Positions 25,018 to 36,400 of a DNA stretch of 64,000 nucleotides are shown one piece after another. The number at the start of each line of letters is the position of its first letter. Positions within the stretch are counted from its first letter, which is position 1. Location: contig JBMOOD010000001.1 of NCBI GenBank assembly GCA_049323595.1, positions 104,530 through 168,529 of the forward strand, read 5' to 3'. The notes under the pieces are model-generated. The model saw only the letters and a list, made by a program, of their open reading frames with translations. It was not told the DNA's origin and ran no database searches. The position numbers and the translations under genes are program-made. The stretch is from Pseudomonadota bacterium (GTDB lineage: Bacteria; Pseudomonadota; Alphaproteobacteria; Caulobacterales; Caulobacteraceae).

Positions 25018-26315
25018 CAGCGGGTCTCCGCTTGGGTCTGGGCGACCAGCCCGGCATGGCGGCCGGTCAGGCGATCGAGGACGGCAAGGTCGAGGTGGTG
25101 CTGGCGCAGCACGGCGATGCGGCGCGCGCGGGCGTCGAACAGCGCCTTTTCGGCATTGGCGACGTCGGAATACTGGAACCCGCCCCGGGCGAAGCCGGCG
25201 CGGACCTGTTCCACCGTCCGGATCGCGAGCGGGATCACCTCGTCCCGAATACGCTCGGACTCCCGGGCGCTGGCGTTCAGGCGGGCGAGGAGCGCGGCGA
25301 CCTGCCGGGCGCGGACCAGCCGCGCGGCCTCCAACTCGGCCTCGGCGGCGGTGCGTTCGGCCTGGGCGCGCTCGACGCCGGCGCGGTTGGTGTCGTAGCG
25401 GCGAAGCGGGATAGAGCCGCCCACCACGAGGGCCACCTCGTCGCCCTGCCCAAAGTAGCGGACGCCGGCCCGCACGGTCGGGTCGGCGACCGCCCGCGCC
25501 TGCTCGACCCGCACGGCCGCCAGCGCCGCGTCGCGCTCCGCGGCCATCAGCTGCAGGTCGGGTACGAGGATGTCGCCGTCGGGGATCGTCGGGGCGGCGA
25601 CCTCGAAGAAGGCCGTCACATCCAGCGTGAAATCCGGCGCGCCGCCCCAATAGGCGGCCAGCGCCGCCTTGGCCGCCTGCGCCGCCGCCTGCGCCTGGTC
25701 GCGATCGATGGCGGCCTGGGCGACCAGGGCTTCGGCGTGGCTGCCGGCGAACAGCGGGTCGCGAGCGCTCTTCACGCGCCGGGTCACGTCCTTGGCCGAG
25801 TCCTCAAGCGAGATCAGCCGCGCCTGGGCGATCAGCAGCTCGGCCTCGGCGGCCAGCGCCTCGCCGTAGGCGATCTCGGCGTCGCGCAGGTGATCGAGTC
25901 CCCGCACTGCGCCCCGCAGGCGGGCGACCTCCAAGTGGGCGCGGGCGAGGCCGGTGCGCGCCGCCCTCTTGCCGCCCCGCTCGAGGGTCTGTTCGTAGCT
26001 GACCGTCGCCTCGGTGCGGTCGAACACCGAATAGGCGCCCGAGCCGGCGAAGTTCTCCAGTTCGACGCCCAGCGACGGGTTGGGCCGGACGCCGGCCTGG
26101 CGGACGGCCGCCTCGCCTGCGGCGATTCGGGCGTCGACGACGGCGCGGCGGGGATCGTAGGCGGCCGCGCGGGCGAGCGCCTGCTGGAGGCTCAAGCCGG
26201 GCGGTTCAGTCTGGGCTGGGGCTCCGGGCGCGGCCAGCAGGCTCGCGCACAGGGCTGCGGACGCAAGCCAGGCGCGGAGGCGCGCAGGCCGGCGGACGCC
26301 GGATGGAGCAGGCAT
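25017..26315 (-). CDS. czcC: CzcC/TolC outer-membrane factor
   Basis: Signal peptide, RPNPSLGVELENF, two OEP helical repeats; position in the CBA operon. Confidence 0.9.
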
Positions 26316-26366
26316 GGATTAGGTCTCGCGGACAGGCGTGAAAGGGCGCCCGCGCGGCGCGGGCGT

Positions 26367-26801
26367 TCAGGCGAGGATCGCGAGGGGTCTGGGCGGGCGT
26401 TCCAGCCCGCCGGGCCGGACGCCCTTCGGGTTCGCTTCGCCCGGCTCGGCGCCGGAGGGGGCGCTTGCGAGATGGGCGGCCTCGACAGTCACGGAGCCTC
26501 CCGGCGCGCCCACCGGCGCATCCGCGTGATGGTGGTGACCCGCGCCTGGCGTCGCGTCCGAGGCATCGCCAGGGCCCTGGCCGTCGGCCTCATCGTCAGC
26601 ATGGACGTGAGCCGCCGCGTCGATGGCGCAATCATCCACGGAGACGAAGCTCAGGGAGACGCCATGTTCGTGGACCACGCCCATCTCGTGCTGCGCGTGG
26701 TCGACGACGCTTGTGGCCGAAGCCGCGGCGAACACCATGGCCAACGCGACGCAGAGCATCGCGAGCATCGTCTGCACTGGTGATCGCGCGGACCGTCCCA
26801 C
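26367..26801 (-). CDS. His/Asp-rich exported protein upstream of czcCBA (CzcI-like position)
   Basis: Signal/TM N-terminus; HAQHE, HEH, HVH, HHHH clusters; ends LERPPR. Confidence 0.65.
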   Translation of the reverse strand: MGRSARSPVQTMLAMLCVALAMVFAAASATSVVDHAQHEMGVVHEHGVSLSFVSVDDCAIDAAAHVHADDEADGQGPGDASDATPGAGHHHHADAPVGAPGGSVTVEAAHLASAPSGAEPGEANPKGVRPGGLERPPRPLAILA

Positions 26802-26828
26802 GGGCGCATCGTTATGGCGGCGGCGGCG

Positions 26829-27443
26829 TCAAGGCAAGGCGGCGCCGCCGCGCGGAAACGGCCGGCTGAGGAACCGTGACCCTGCCTCCCCGAACCGCCA
26901 CGGCTTTTCCGCCGCCTTGGTGATGCCGATGCGCGGGCCGGCGACGATCCCCCGCGCCTCGCCCTGGCGCAGGTCGAAGGGCGGCCGGTCCAGCGCCATC
27001 CCGTCGTGCTCGCGGGTGACGGCCAGGGCCTGGCAGAGCTTGCCGGGACCGGAGCAGAGGGCGCGGGGGTCGGTGAGGCCGCGGCGCTCGGCCATCACCT
27101 CCAGGCCGTGGAGCGGCTCGATCGCCCGGATCAGGACGGCCGAGCCCTCGCCGGCCTCGCCCGAGACGAAGTTCATGCACCAGTGGATGCCGTAGGAGCG
27201 ATAGACGTAGACGTGGGCCGGCGGGCCGAACATCACCCGGTTGCGCGGCGTCGGACCGGGGAAGCTGTGCGAGGCGGGGTCCTCCTGATGGTAGGCCTCG
27301 GTCTCGACGATGCGGCCGCCGACCCCGCCGACGTAGATCTCCCCGCCGATCAGATCGCGGGCCACCTCGGTGGGGTGGCGCGTCCAGAAGTCTTGACGGG
27401 CCGGTTTCGAAGGTGGGGAATGGCGCGGAAGCAAGAGAGACAT
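26829..27443 (-). CDS. mpg: DNA-3-methyladenine glycosylase (AAG/MPG type)
   Basis: [42 protein letters not shown]; exact start uncertain. Confidence 0.92.
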   Translation of the reverse strand: MSLLLPRHSPPSKPARQDFWTRHPTEVARDLIGGEIYVGGVGGRIVETEAYHQEDPASHSFPGPTPRNRVMFGPPAHVYVYRSYGIHWCMNFVSGEAGEGSAVLIRAIEPLHGLEVMAERRGLTDPRALCSGPGKLCQALAVTREHDGMALDRPPFDLRQGEARGIVAGPRIGITKAAEKPWRFGEAGSRFLSRPFPRGGAALP

Positions 27444-27460
27444 CCTGGGGAGGATGCGCC

Positions 27461-28642
27461 ATGGCGTACGTCGAAGGCCAGACCGTGCACGACGCCGACA
27501 GCCACATCATGGAGCTGCCGGGCACGATCAACCGCTATCTCGATCCGAAATTCCGCGACGCCTTCGCGGCGAAGACGGGCAAGGACGAGCTGACGCCCGA
27601 GCGGTTCGTCCGCGCCGCCGAGCTGCAGCGGGATCCCGAGTTCCGCGCCGGGGCCGAAGCCAACATCCTCCTGCGCAAGAACTACGAGGCGCTGGGCGCC
27701 TTCATCGCCGAGGACCGGCCGGCGACCCTGGACCACCTGGGCTTTGCCTCGCAGCTGGTCTTCACCACCGCCTGCCTTTCGAACTTCGGCCTGGAGCAGA
27801 TGGGCGAGGTGGAGCTGGCCCTCGAGGCGGCGCGCGCCCACAACCGCATGATGGCCGAGTTCTGTTCGGTGGACCGGCGCCTCCTGGCCACCGGCTATGT
27901 GCCGCTGGTGGACCGGGCGCGAGCGCCGGAGATCGCGCGCGAGGCCATCGCGCTGGGCGCCAAGGGGCTGGTCGTGCCCTCGCGCCACCCGCCGGGCTTC
28001 TCGCCCAGCCACCGGGAGCTGGACCCGCTGTGGGCGGTGGCTGAGGAGGCCGGCCTGCCGATCCTGTTTCACGTGGGCGGCGAGGAGAAGATGCACCGGG
28101 ACTACCTGGAGAACGGCCTGCCCTACGTGAAGGACTTCCACGGCGGGGACGAGAATTTCACCTCCCTGACCTTCATGGCGATCCCGCTGTCGATCTGGCA
28201 GACGTTGTCCGCCCTGGTCATCGACGGGGTGTTCGACCGCTTCCCGCGGCTGAAGTTCGGGGCGATCGAACTGGGCGCCTCATGGCTGCCCAGCCTGATG
28301 AAGTTCCTGGATTCCGGCTGCGCGGCCTTCGGGCGGGAGGAGCGGCTGCAGAAGCTTTCCGCCAGACCGTCCGAGATCCTGCGCCGGCAGTTGCGGGTGA
28401 CGCCCTACCCGCACGAGGACGTGGCCTGGATCATGGCCAATTCCGGCGAGGAGATGGTGCTGTTCTCGTCCGACTTCCCGCACGTCGAGGGCGGGCGCAA
28501 TCCGCTGAAGCGGTTCAACGAGAGCCTGGCGGGCGCGAGCGAGGGAGCCAGGCGCGCCTTCTATCGCGACAACTTCATCGACCTGATGGGCAAGGGGCTC
28601 GACCCGGCCCTGCACGACGTGGTGTCGCTGCAGGCGGCGTAG
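27461..28642 (+). CDS. Amidohydrolase_2 family protein
   Basis: DADSH, FHVGG, ELGASW, FSSDFPH. Confidence 0.88.
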   Translation: MAYVEGQTVHDADSHIMELPGTINRYLDPKFRDAFAAKTGKDELTPERFVRAAELQRDPEFRAGAEANILLRKNYEALGAFIAEDRPATLDHLGFASQLVFTTACLSNFGLEQMGEVELALEAARAHNRMMAEFCSVDRRLLATGYVPLVDRARAPEIAREAIALGAKGLVVPSRHPPGFSPSHRELDPLWAVAEEAGLPILFHVGGEEKMHRDYLENGLPYVKDFHGGDENFTSLTFMAIPLSIWQTLSALVIDGVFDRFPRLKFGAIELGASWLPSLMKFLDSGCAAFGREERLQKLSARPSEILRRQLRVTPYPHEDVAWIMANSGEEMVLFSSDFPHVEGGRNPLKRFNESLAGASEGARRAFYRDNFIDLMGKGLDPALHDVVSLQAA

Positions 28643-28651
28643 AGGACCCGC

Positions 28652-30394
28652 TCATCCCGCCAGTGCGGCGGCCTCGGTGGCTTCGAGGTCGGCGGCGCCG
28701 TCGGTGAGGCCGTCGGCGAGACCGGGCGCCAGGCTGAGCACCTGGCCGGCGTAGAGCCGGGCGAGCGCGCCCTTGCTCGCCAGCCAGGGATCGTCCGAGC
28801 CGGCGGCCGCCAGGGCCTGCCGCCCCAGGATCCAGCCTCCGATCACGTCGCCCGACAGCTTCAGGAAGGGCGTCGCGGCGCTGAGCGCGGCGGCGTTGTC
28901 GGCGCCTACCAGCCAGTCCGTCGCCCGCTCCAGGGCGGCGACGCCGGCCGCGAGACGGCGGCCCACCGGCGCGAGCTCGGCGGTCTCGGTGAGCATTTCG
29001 GCCGTGAGCGCCATCTCGGCGCAGAGGCCCTTCAGCGTCTCGCCGCCGTTGGCGCGCACCTTGCGGCCCATCAGGTCGATCGCCTGGATGCCGTTGGTCC
29101 CTTCGTAGATCGGAGCGATGCGGGCGTCGCGGTAGTGCTGGGCGGCGCCGGTCTCCTCGATGAACCCCATGCCGCCGTGCACCTGGACGCCGGCGGAGGC
29201 GACCTCCACGCCCACGTCGGTGGACCAGGCCTTGGCGATGGGGGTGAGCAGCTCCTGGCGGGCCTTGGCGGCGGCGCGCTCGTCCTCGCTCTCGGCCAGG
29301 CGGGCGAGATCGGCCAGGACGCCGGTGGTCAGGCAGATGCCGCGGGCCGCCTCGATCCTGGCCTTCATCAGCGCCAGGGTGCGGCGCACGTCGGGGTGGC
29401 CGTAGATGGTCCCGTCGGCGCCCCACAGCGCCCGGCCCTGCTTGCGCTCCTGGCTGAAAGCGAGCGCCTGCTGGAAGGCGCGTTCGGCGATGGCGACGCC
29501 CTGGACGCCGACCTGCAGGCGCGCGGCGTTCATCATGACGAACATGTGCGCCAGGCCCTGGCCCAGCTCCCCCACCAGCTCGGCCTTGGCGTCCTCATAG
29601 ACCATGACGCAGGTGGGCGAGCCGTGGATGCCCAGCTTGTGCTCGATGGAGGCCGGCCGGAAGTCGTTGCGGCCGCCCAGCGAGCCGTCGTCCTTCACCT
29701 CGAACTTGTTGGCCAGGAACAGGCTGATGCCCTTGATCCCGGGAGGGGCGTCCGGCGTGCGGGCGATGATCAGGTGGCAGATGTTGTCGGCGGCGTCGTG
29801 GTCGCCCCAGGTGATGAAGATCTTCTGGCCCGAGAGCAGATAGCCCCCCTGCCCGTCCGGCCTTGCGATGGCCGTGAGCGCGGCGAGGTCCGATCCCGCC
29901 TGGGGCTCGGTCAGGCACATGGCCCCGGTCCACTCGCCGGAGACCAGCTTGGGCAGGACGAGACGCTTCTGCCGTTCGGTGCCGTGCAGCGTCAGGGCCT
30001 CGATGGCGCCCTGGGTCAGCATCGGGCAGAGGCCGAAGGCCATGTTGGCGGCGTGGACCATCTCGAACACCGCCAGCTCCATGGCCTTGGAGAGCCCCTG
30101 GCCGCCGTGCTCGGCCGGCGCGGACAGCGAGTTCCAGCCCTGCTCGACGAAGTGGCGGTATGCCTCCGCGAAGCCCGGCGCGGCGGTGACCTTGCCGTTC
30201 TCGTAACGCGCGCCTTCGAGATCGCCTTTGCGGTTCAGCGGCGCGAGCTCGTTGTCGGCGAAGGCGCCGGCGGACTCGAGCACGGCCTGCACCGTGTCCT
30301 CGTCCAGGTCGGGATAGGCGCGCGCCAGCAGCTCGCTGTGGCCGAGGGTCTTGAGCGCAAAAGCCAGGTCGCGGACAGGGGCGCGGAAGGTCAT
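28652..30394 (-). CDS. Acyl-CoA dehydrogenase
   Basis: MCLTEPQAGSD, GQKIFITWG, KLGIHGSPT, HGGMGF, IYEGTNGIQ. Confidence 0.93.
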   Translation of the reverse strand: MTFRAPVRDLAFALKTLGHSELLARAYPDLDEDTVQAVLESAGAFADNELAPLNRKGDLEGARYENGKVTAAPGFAEAYRHFVEQGWNSLSAPAEHGGQGLSKAMELAVFEMVHAANMAFGLCPMLTQGAIEALTLHGTERQKRLVLPKLVSGEWTGAMCLTEPQAGSDLAALTAIARPDGQGGYLLSGQKIFITWGDHDAADNICHLIIARTPDAPPGIKGISLFLANKFEVKDDGSLGGRNDFRPASIEHKLGIHGSPTCVMVYEDAKAELVGELGQGLAHMFVMMNAARLQVGVQGVAIAERAFQQALAFSQERKQGRALWGADGTIYGHPDVRRTLALMKARIEAARGICLTTGVLADLARLAESEDERAAAKARQELLTPIAKAWSTDVGVEVASAGVQVHGGMGFIEETGAAQHYRDARIAPIYEGTNGIQAIDLMGRKVRANGGETLKGLCAEMALTAEMLTETAELAPVGRRLAAGVAALERATDWLVGADNAAALSAATPFLKLSGDVIGGWILGRQALAAAGSDDPWLASKGALARLYAGQVLSLAPGLADGLTDGAADLEATEAAALAG

Positions 30395-30500
30395 GGAGGA
30401 GCCTCGTTCGGTGTCGGCGGCTTTCTAGAGGGTCGAGGCGCGCGGCGAAAGCGACCGCAGGACTTGCCCTCGCGATCAAGCAGAGGTCCCGTAGGCTCAG

Positions 30501-31094
30501 ATGCTTCCCCGACGAACACTCCTGCTGGCGCTTTCGGCCATGGCGGCGAGCCCCGCCCGCGCCACCGAGCCCAAGCGCGACCCCGCCCAGGCGCCTGCGG
30601 GGCGCTATCGGCTGGATCCGCGTCGGGCGAGCCTGCGCGTGCGCATGCCCGTCCTGGGCGGCCTCTATACCTATGGCCTTAGCTTCCTGACATTGTCGGG
30701 CGGCTTCACCCACGACCCAGCGGACTGGCGACGGACGCGCGTGACGATCGTCATCGATCCCCGGTCCGCCGCGGCGGAGCCCGCCGCCGTCGCGCGCGCC
30801 CTGGTCAAGGACCTCGAGCCCGAGCGCTTCCCCGAGATCCGCTTTGAGAGCCGCAGCGCGGCCCTGGACGCCGACGGCCGCGGAACGCTGGCCGGCGACC
30901 TGACCATGCACGGGGTGACCCGGCCGATCGTCCTGGACGTGGCGTTCAAGGGCTTCACGGGCGGCGCCACGGGTGCGCGGCTCGGCTTCTCGGGCGCAGG
31001 GCGCGTGCGGCGCTCGGACTTCGGCCTCTCGGTGGGCCGCCCGTTCGCCGACGCCGCCGAGATCGTCTTCGACGTCGAGTTCGTGCGGACGTAG
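30501..31094 (+). CDS. YceI-like lipid/polyisoprenoid-binding protein
   Basis: Twin-Arg signal, FPEIRFES, GDLTMHGVTRP, RSDFG. Confidence 0.85.
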   Translation: MLPRRTLLLALSAMAASPARATEPKRDPAQAPAGRYRLDPRRASLRVRMPVLGGLYTYGLSFLTLSGGFTHDPADWRRTRVTIVIDPRSAAAEPAAVARALVKDLEPERFPEIRFESRSAALDADGRGTLAGDLTMHGVTRPIVLDVAFKGFTGGATGARLGFSGAGRVRRSDFGLSVGRPFADAAEIVFDVEFVRT

Positions 31095-31129
31095 GCGCGA
31101 GCCCCTCGCCGGTGTAACGAGCCGCCAGC

Positions 31130-32059
31130 ATGGCGGACTTGACGAAGATGGCAGGCGTGACGGAGGCGGCCGCGGCCTTGCGGGCGGGCCGGCTCGTCCT
31201 CATGCCGACAGAAACGGTCTACGGCCTGGCGGCCGACGCGGCCAATGCGTGGGCCGTGGCGGCCGTCTACGAGGCGAAGGGCCGGCCGGCCTTCAACCCC
31301 CTGATCGCCCACGTGGCCGACGTGGAGATGGCGCGGCGGATCGCTGTCTTCGACGACCGCGCCGAGGCGCTGGCCGCGCGCTTCTGGCCGGGCGCATTGA
31401 CCCTGGTGCTCCCCGTCCGCGACGGCGAGGCGGTCTGCGACCTGGCGCGGGCGGGCCTGGACACGGTGGCCGTCCGCGCCCCGGCCCATCCCCTGGCCCA
31501 CGCCCTGATCGAAGCGTTCGGCGGACCGGTGGTGGCGCCCTCCGCCAACCGCTCCGGCCGGCCCAGTCCCACGACCCTGGCCGACGCCCTGGACGAGACC
31601 GGCGAAGCGGCGGCCGCGGCGCTGGATGGCGGGCCCTGCGCCATCGGCCTGGAGTCCACGGTCGTGGCCCTGCTGGACGCGCCGCGCCTGCTGCGGCCAG
31701 GCGCAGTGACGCGGGCCGAGATCGAGGCGGTGGTGGGCCCCCTCACCGAGGCCGAGGCCGACGCCAAGCGCTCCCCCGGCCGCCTCACCCGCCACTACGC
31801 GCCGAACGCGCCTGTGCGGATGGGCGTGACCGCGCCCGCGCCGGGCGAGGCGTGGCTATCGTTTGGGCCGCAGGGGACCGGGCCGTTCAACCTCAGCCCG
31901 ACCGGCGACCTCGCCGAGGCGGCAGCCAACCTCTTCGCCTACCTGCGCGCCGCTGACCGGACGCAGACGACGGGAATCGCGGTCGCGCCGATCCCCGACG
32001 AGGGCCTGGGCGAGGCGATCAACGACCGCCTGAAGCGGGCGGCGGGGTTTGTGGGCTAG
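31130..32059 (+). CDS. sua5: L-threonylcarbamoyladenylate synthase (Sua5/TsaC)
   Basis: PTETVYGL, KGRPAFNPLI, APSANRSG, GLESTV, SPG...HYAP. Confidence 0.93.
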   Translation: MADLTKMAGVTEAAAALRAGRLVLMPTETVYGLAADAANAWAVAAVYEAKGRPAFNPLIAHVADVEMARRIAVFDDRAEALAARFWPGALTLVLPVRDGEAVCDLARAGLDTVAVRAPAHPLAHALIEAFGGPVVAPSANRSGRPSPTTLADALDETGEAAAAALDGGPCAIGLESTVVALLDAPRLLRPGAVTRAEIEAVVGPLTEAEADAKRSPGRLTRHYAPNAPVRMGVTAPAPGEAWLSFGPQGTGPFNLSPTGDLAEAAANLFAYLRAADRTQTTGIAVAPIPDEGLGEAINDRLKRAAGFVG

Positions 32060-32082
32060 CGCCCTCGGACTAAAGTATTCGC

Positions 32083-33492
32083 ATGACCGCCCCCGTCCCC
32101 GCCGATGTGATCTCCCGCCTGAAGTCCGTGCTGGGCGAGGGCGGCTGGAGCGACGACGCCGAGCGGATCGCGCCCAAGCTGGTGGAATGGCGCGACCGCT
32201 GGGTAGGCCAGACGCCTTTTCTCGCGCTGCCCAGAACCACGCAGGAGGTGGCCGCCGTCGTCGGCGTCTGCTTCGAGGCGGGCCAGCCGATCACCATCCA
32301 GGGCGGCAACACCGGTCTGGTGGGCGGCCAGATCCCCCAGGGCGAGATCCTGCTGTCCACCGAGCGGCTGAAGGCGATCCGGGAGGTGGACGCCTTCGAC
32401 GACGCGCTGATCGCCGAGGCCGGCGTGACGCTGTCCGAGGTCCATGCGGCGGCCGCGGGCGTGCGGCGACGGTTCCCCGTCGGCCTGGCGTCCGAGGGCA
32501 CGGCCACGGTCGGCGGGATCGTCTCGACGAACGCGGGCGGCACGCAAGTGCTGCGCTACGGCATGACCCGCAGCCTCGTACTGGGCCTGGAGGCGGTGCT
32601 GCCCAACGGCGAGGTCTGGAACGGACTGAAGCGCCTGCGCAAGGACAACACCGGCTATGACCTCAAGCAGCTTCTGATCGGCGCCGAGGGCACCCTGGGC
32701 GTCGTGACGGCCGCGGCGCTGAAGCTCTATCCCGTCATGGCCTCGCGCGCGGTGGCGATGATCGGGGTCGGAACGCCCGCCGACGCCATCCGGCTGCTGG
32801 CCGAGGCCAAGGACGAGACGGGCGGCGCGGTCGAGGCCTTCGAGCTCATGGGTCGGCTCGGGATCGACTTCGCGCTCAGGAACATCGCCGGGACGCGGGA
32901 TCCCCTGGGCGCGCCGCACCCGTGGTACGTGCTGGCCGAGTTCGCCTCGGGCGAGCCGGGCTCGGCGGAGGCGGCGATGGAACGGTTCCTGGCGGCGGGC
33001 CTGCAGGCCGGGCTGGTCCGCGACGCCGTGGTCGCCCAGACCGAGACCCAGGCCAGGGCCCTGTGGGCGATCCGCGAGAACCAGTCCCCGGCGCAGAAGC
33101 CCGAGGGCGCCACCTGGAAGCACGACATCGCCGTGCCGGTGAGCCAGGTGGCCGCCTTCCTCGAGGAGGCGACCGCCGCCATGCAGGCGTTCGCGCCCGG
33201 CGCGCGCATCGCCGCCTTCGGCCACGTGGGCGACGGCAACATCCACTACGACGTCCTGCGGCCGGACGGCGGCTCGGACGCGGAGCATTCGGCGCGGCGC
33301 GATCAGGGCTCGCGCATCGTGCACGACATTGTTGCGAAGCTGGGCGGCTCGATCAGCGCCGAGCACGGCCTGGGCGCCATGAAGACGGCCGAGGGCGCCC
33401 GCTATAAGAGCCCGGTCGAACTAGACATGCAGCGGGCGATCCGCCGCGCGCTCGACCCAAAACGCATCCTGAATCCGCGGGTGCTGTTCTGA
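32083..33492 (+). CDS. FAD-linked oxidase (D-2-hydroxyacid dehydrogenase-like)
   Basis: QGGNTGLVGG, LRKDNTGYDL, GHVGDGNIH, SISAEHGLG. Confidence 0.9.
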   Translation: MTAPVPADVISRLKSVLGEGGWSDDAERIAPKLVEWRDRWVGQTPFLALPRTTQEVAAVVGVCFEAGQPITIQGGNTGLVGGQIPQGEILLSTERLKAIREVDAFDDALIAEAGVTLSEVHAAAAGVRRRFPVGLASEGTATVGGIVSTNAGGTQVLRYGMTRSLVLGLEAVLPNGEVWNGLKRLRKDNTGYDLKQLLIGAEGTLGVVTAAALKLYPVMASRAVAMIGVGTPADAIRLLAEAKDETGGAVEAFELMGRLGIDFALRNIAGTRDPLGAPHPWYVLAEFASGEPGSAEAAMERFLAAGLQAGLVRDAVVAQTETQARALWAIRENQSPAQKPEGATWKHDIAVPVSQVAAFLEEATAAMQAFAPGARIAAFGHVGDGNIHYDVLRPDGGSDAEHSARRDQGSRIVHDIVAKLGGSISAEHGLGAMKTAEGARYKSPVELDMQRAIRRALDPKRILNPRVLF

Positions 33493-33533
33493 GAGGTCGG
33501 CGCCTGCCATCGCGTCCTCGCTCCCAACTTGAA

Positions 33534-33656
33534 CGTCATGGCCCGGCTTGTCCGGGCCATCCATAGACGCGGCGTGCGAGGCGAGCCGGGTCGATTCCGC
33601 AGCCTTCCTTGCGCGACCGGTGTCTATGGGTCGCCCGGACAAGCCGGGCGATGACG
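33534..33656. repeat. CGTC-type REP-like palindrome doublet
   Basis: cgtcatggcccggcttgtccgggccatccatagac and an inverted copy ending ...cccggacaagccgggcgatgacg. Confidence 0.85.
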
Positions 33657-33742
33657 GTCGGAAGGAGGCGATGCCATGCCTCCACGCTGCATTGCAGCAA
33701 AGCATCTTGGCGCGGCGGGCGGCGGCGCTTAAGAGACGCGTG

Positions 33743-34543
33743 ATGCTGATCGTGCTCTCTCCGGCCAAGGCGCTGAATTTCGACGCCGCCCCGGAGTCCG
33801 CGCCGCTGACCCTGCCGCAGCTGGCGGACCAGACCGCAGAACTCGCCAGGACGACGCGGAAACTCCGCACGGCCGACCTCAAGCGGATGATGTCGCTCTC
33901 CGACAGCCTGGCGCAGCTCAACCGCGAGCGGTTCCAGGCCTTCGATCCCGAGAGCGACGATGGGCTGCAGGCGGCCTTCGCGTTCAACGGCGACGTCTAT
34001 CTCGGGCTGCGCGCCCGCGAGCTCGACCGGAAGGCGCTGGCCTGGGCGCAGGACCATGTGCGGATCCTGTCGGGCCTCTACGGCGTGCTGCGGCCCCTCG
34101 ACGCCATCCAGCCCTACCGGCTGGAGATGGGGGTGCGGATCAAGACGCCGCGGGGCGCGAGCCTCTACGACTTCTGGGGCCCGCGCATCGCCGAGGCGCT
34201 GAACGCGGCGGCGGAGGGCCACAAGGATCGCACCCTCGTGAACTGCGCCAGCGGCGAATACTTCGGCGCCGTCGACCGCGCCGCCCTCAAGCTTCCCGTC
34301 GTCTCCTGCCGCTTCCTGGAGGAGAAGGACGGCGAGGCGCGGATCATCTCCTTCTTCGCCAAGCGGGCGCGGGGGGCGATGGCCCGCTACGCCATCGACC
34401 ATCGCATAGAGCGCGCCGCCGACCTTCGGAGCTTCGACCGCGACGGCTACGCCTTCCAGGCGCAGCTTTCGTCCGACGAGGAATATGTGTTCACCCGGCC
34501 GCAGCCGCCGCCCGTGGCCGCCGCCCGCAGCAAGGGCGCCTGA
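33743..34543 (+). CDS. yaaA: Peroxide-stress protein YaaA
   Basis: MLIVLSPAK, ILSGLYGVLRPLDAIQPYRLEMG, AKRARG. Confidence 0.93.
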   Translation: MLIVLSPAKALNFDAAPESAPLTLPQLADQTAELARTTRKLRTADLKRMMSLSDSLAQLNRERFQAFDPESDDGLQAAFAFNGDVYLGLRARELDRKALAWAQDHVRILSGLYGVLRPLDAIQPYRLEMGVRIKTPRGASLYDFWGPRIAEALNAAAEGHKDRTLVNCASGEYFGAVDRAALKLPVVSCRFLEEKDGEARIISFFAKRARGAMARYAIDHRIERAADLRSFDRDGYAFQAQLSSDEEYVFTRPQPPPVAAARSKGA

Positions 34544-34545
34544 CC

Positions 34546-35343
<798 letters not shown>

Positions 35344-35411
35344 CCTCGCGTCACGGTTTTCAACGATAACCTACGGCGCCATCCTGCCCCGAAATCTCGG
35401 GAGGACGGCCG

Positions 35412-36395
35412 ATGGCCCTGCACACCAAGCTCTGCGATCTGTTGGGGGTGAAGCACCCGATCATGCTGGCCGGCATGGGCGGGGTGTCCTACGCCGAGCT
35501 CGTGGCGGCCGTCTCCAACGCCGGCGGCTACGGCGTCCTCGGCATGGCGGGCACCGGACCTGACTTCATCCGCGATCAGATGCGGCAGGTGAAGACGCTC
35601 ACCGACAAGCCCTTCGGCGTCGACCTGCTGGCGGCCTCGCCGGAGAGCCTGACGGCCTCGGTCGACGTGATCATCGAGGAGGGCGCCTCCAGCTTCGTGG
35701 CCGGCCTGGGCGTGCCCATGCCGATCCTGGAGAAGCTCAAGAAGGCCGGGCTGAAGGTGATGGTGGTCTGCGGGGCGGTGAAGCACGCGGTGAAGGCCGA
35801 GCAGGCCGGCTGCGACGCGGTCATCTGCCAGGGCGGCGAGGGCGGCGGCCACACCGGCCTCGTCGGCACCATGCCCCTGGTCGCCCAGGCGGTGGAGGCG
35901 GTGAAGATCCCCGTGGTGGCCGCGGGCGGCCTCTACGACGGGCGCGGCCTGGCGGCGGCGCTCAGCCTGGGCGCGGTCGGGGTCTGGATGGGCACCCGGT
36001 TCATCGCCAGCCAGGAAGCCCACGCCGGACAGATGTACCGCGACACCATCGTCCAGGCGTCGGACGAGGACACCGTGCGGACCCGCTGCTACTCGGGCAA
36101 GCCCATGCGGGTGAAGAAGAACCCTTATGTGGAAGATTGGGAGCGGCGGCCTCAGGACATCCAACCCTTCCCCCACCAGGCCATCCTGTCCAGCCGTGCG
36201 GGCGTGATGGGCGGCATCGGTGGCCAGATCGAGGGGCTGGACGCGGACCGCTCGTGCTTCGCCATGGGCCAGTCCGCGGGCGGCGTGCACGAGGTCCTGC
36301 CGGCCGGCGAGATCGTGGCGCGGCTCATGGCCGAGGCCGAGGCCGCGATCGACCGCGTCGTGGCGATCCGGGGACGGTCCGCCGTTCCGGCCTGA
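35412..36395 (+). CDS. Nitronate monooxygenase/FabK-like flavoprotein
   Basis: QGGEGGGH, PVVAAGG, GVWMGTRF. Confidence 0.88.
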   Translation: MALHTKLCDLLGVKHPIMLAGMGGVSYAELVAAVSNAGGYGVLGMAGTGPDFIRDQMRQVKTLTDKPFGVDLLAASPESLTASVDVIIEEGASSFVAGLGVPMPILEKLKKAGLKVMVVCGAVKHAVKAEQAGCDAVICQGGEGGGHTGLVGTMPLVAQAVEAVKIPVVAAGGLYDGRGLAAALSLGAVGVWMGTRFIASQEAHAGQMYRDTIVQASDEDTVRTRCYSGKPMRVKKNPYVEDWERRPQDIQPFPHQAILSSRAGVMGGIGGQIEGLDADRSCFAMGQSAGGVHEVLPAGEIVARLMAEAEAAIDRVVAIRGRSAVPA

Positions 36396-36400
36396 ATCGC

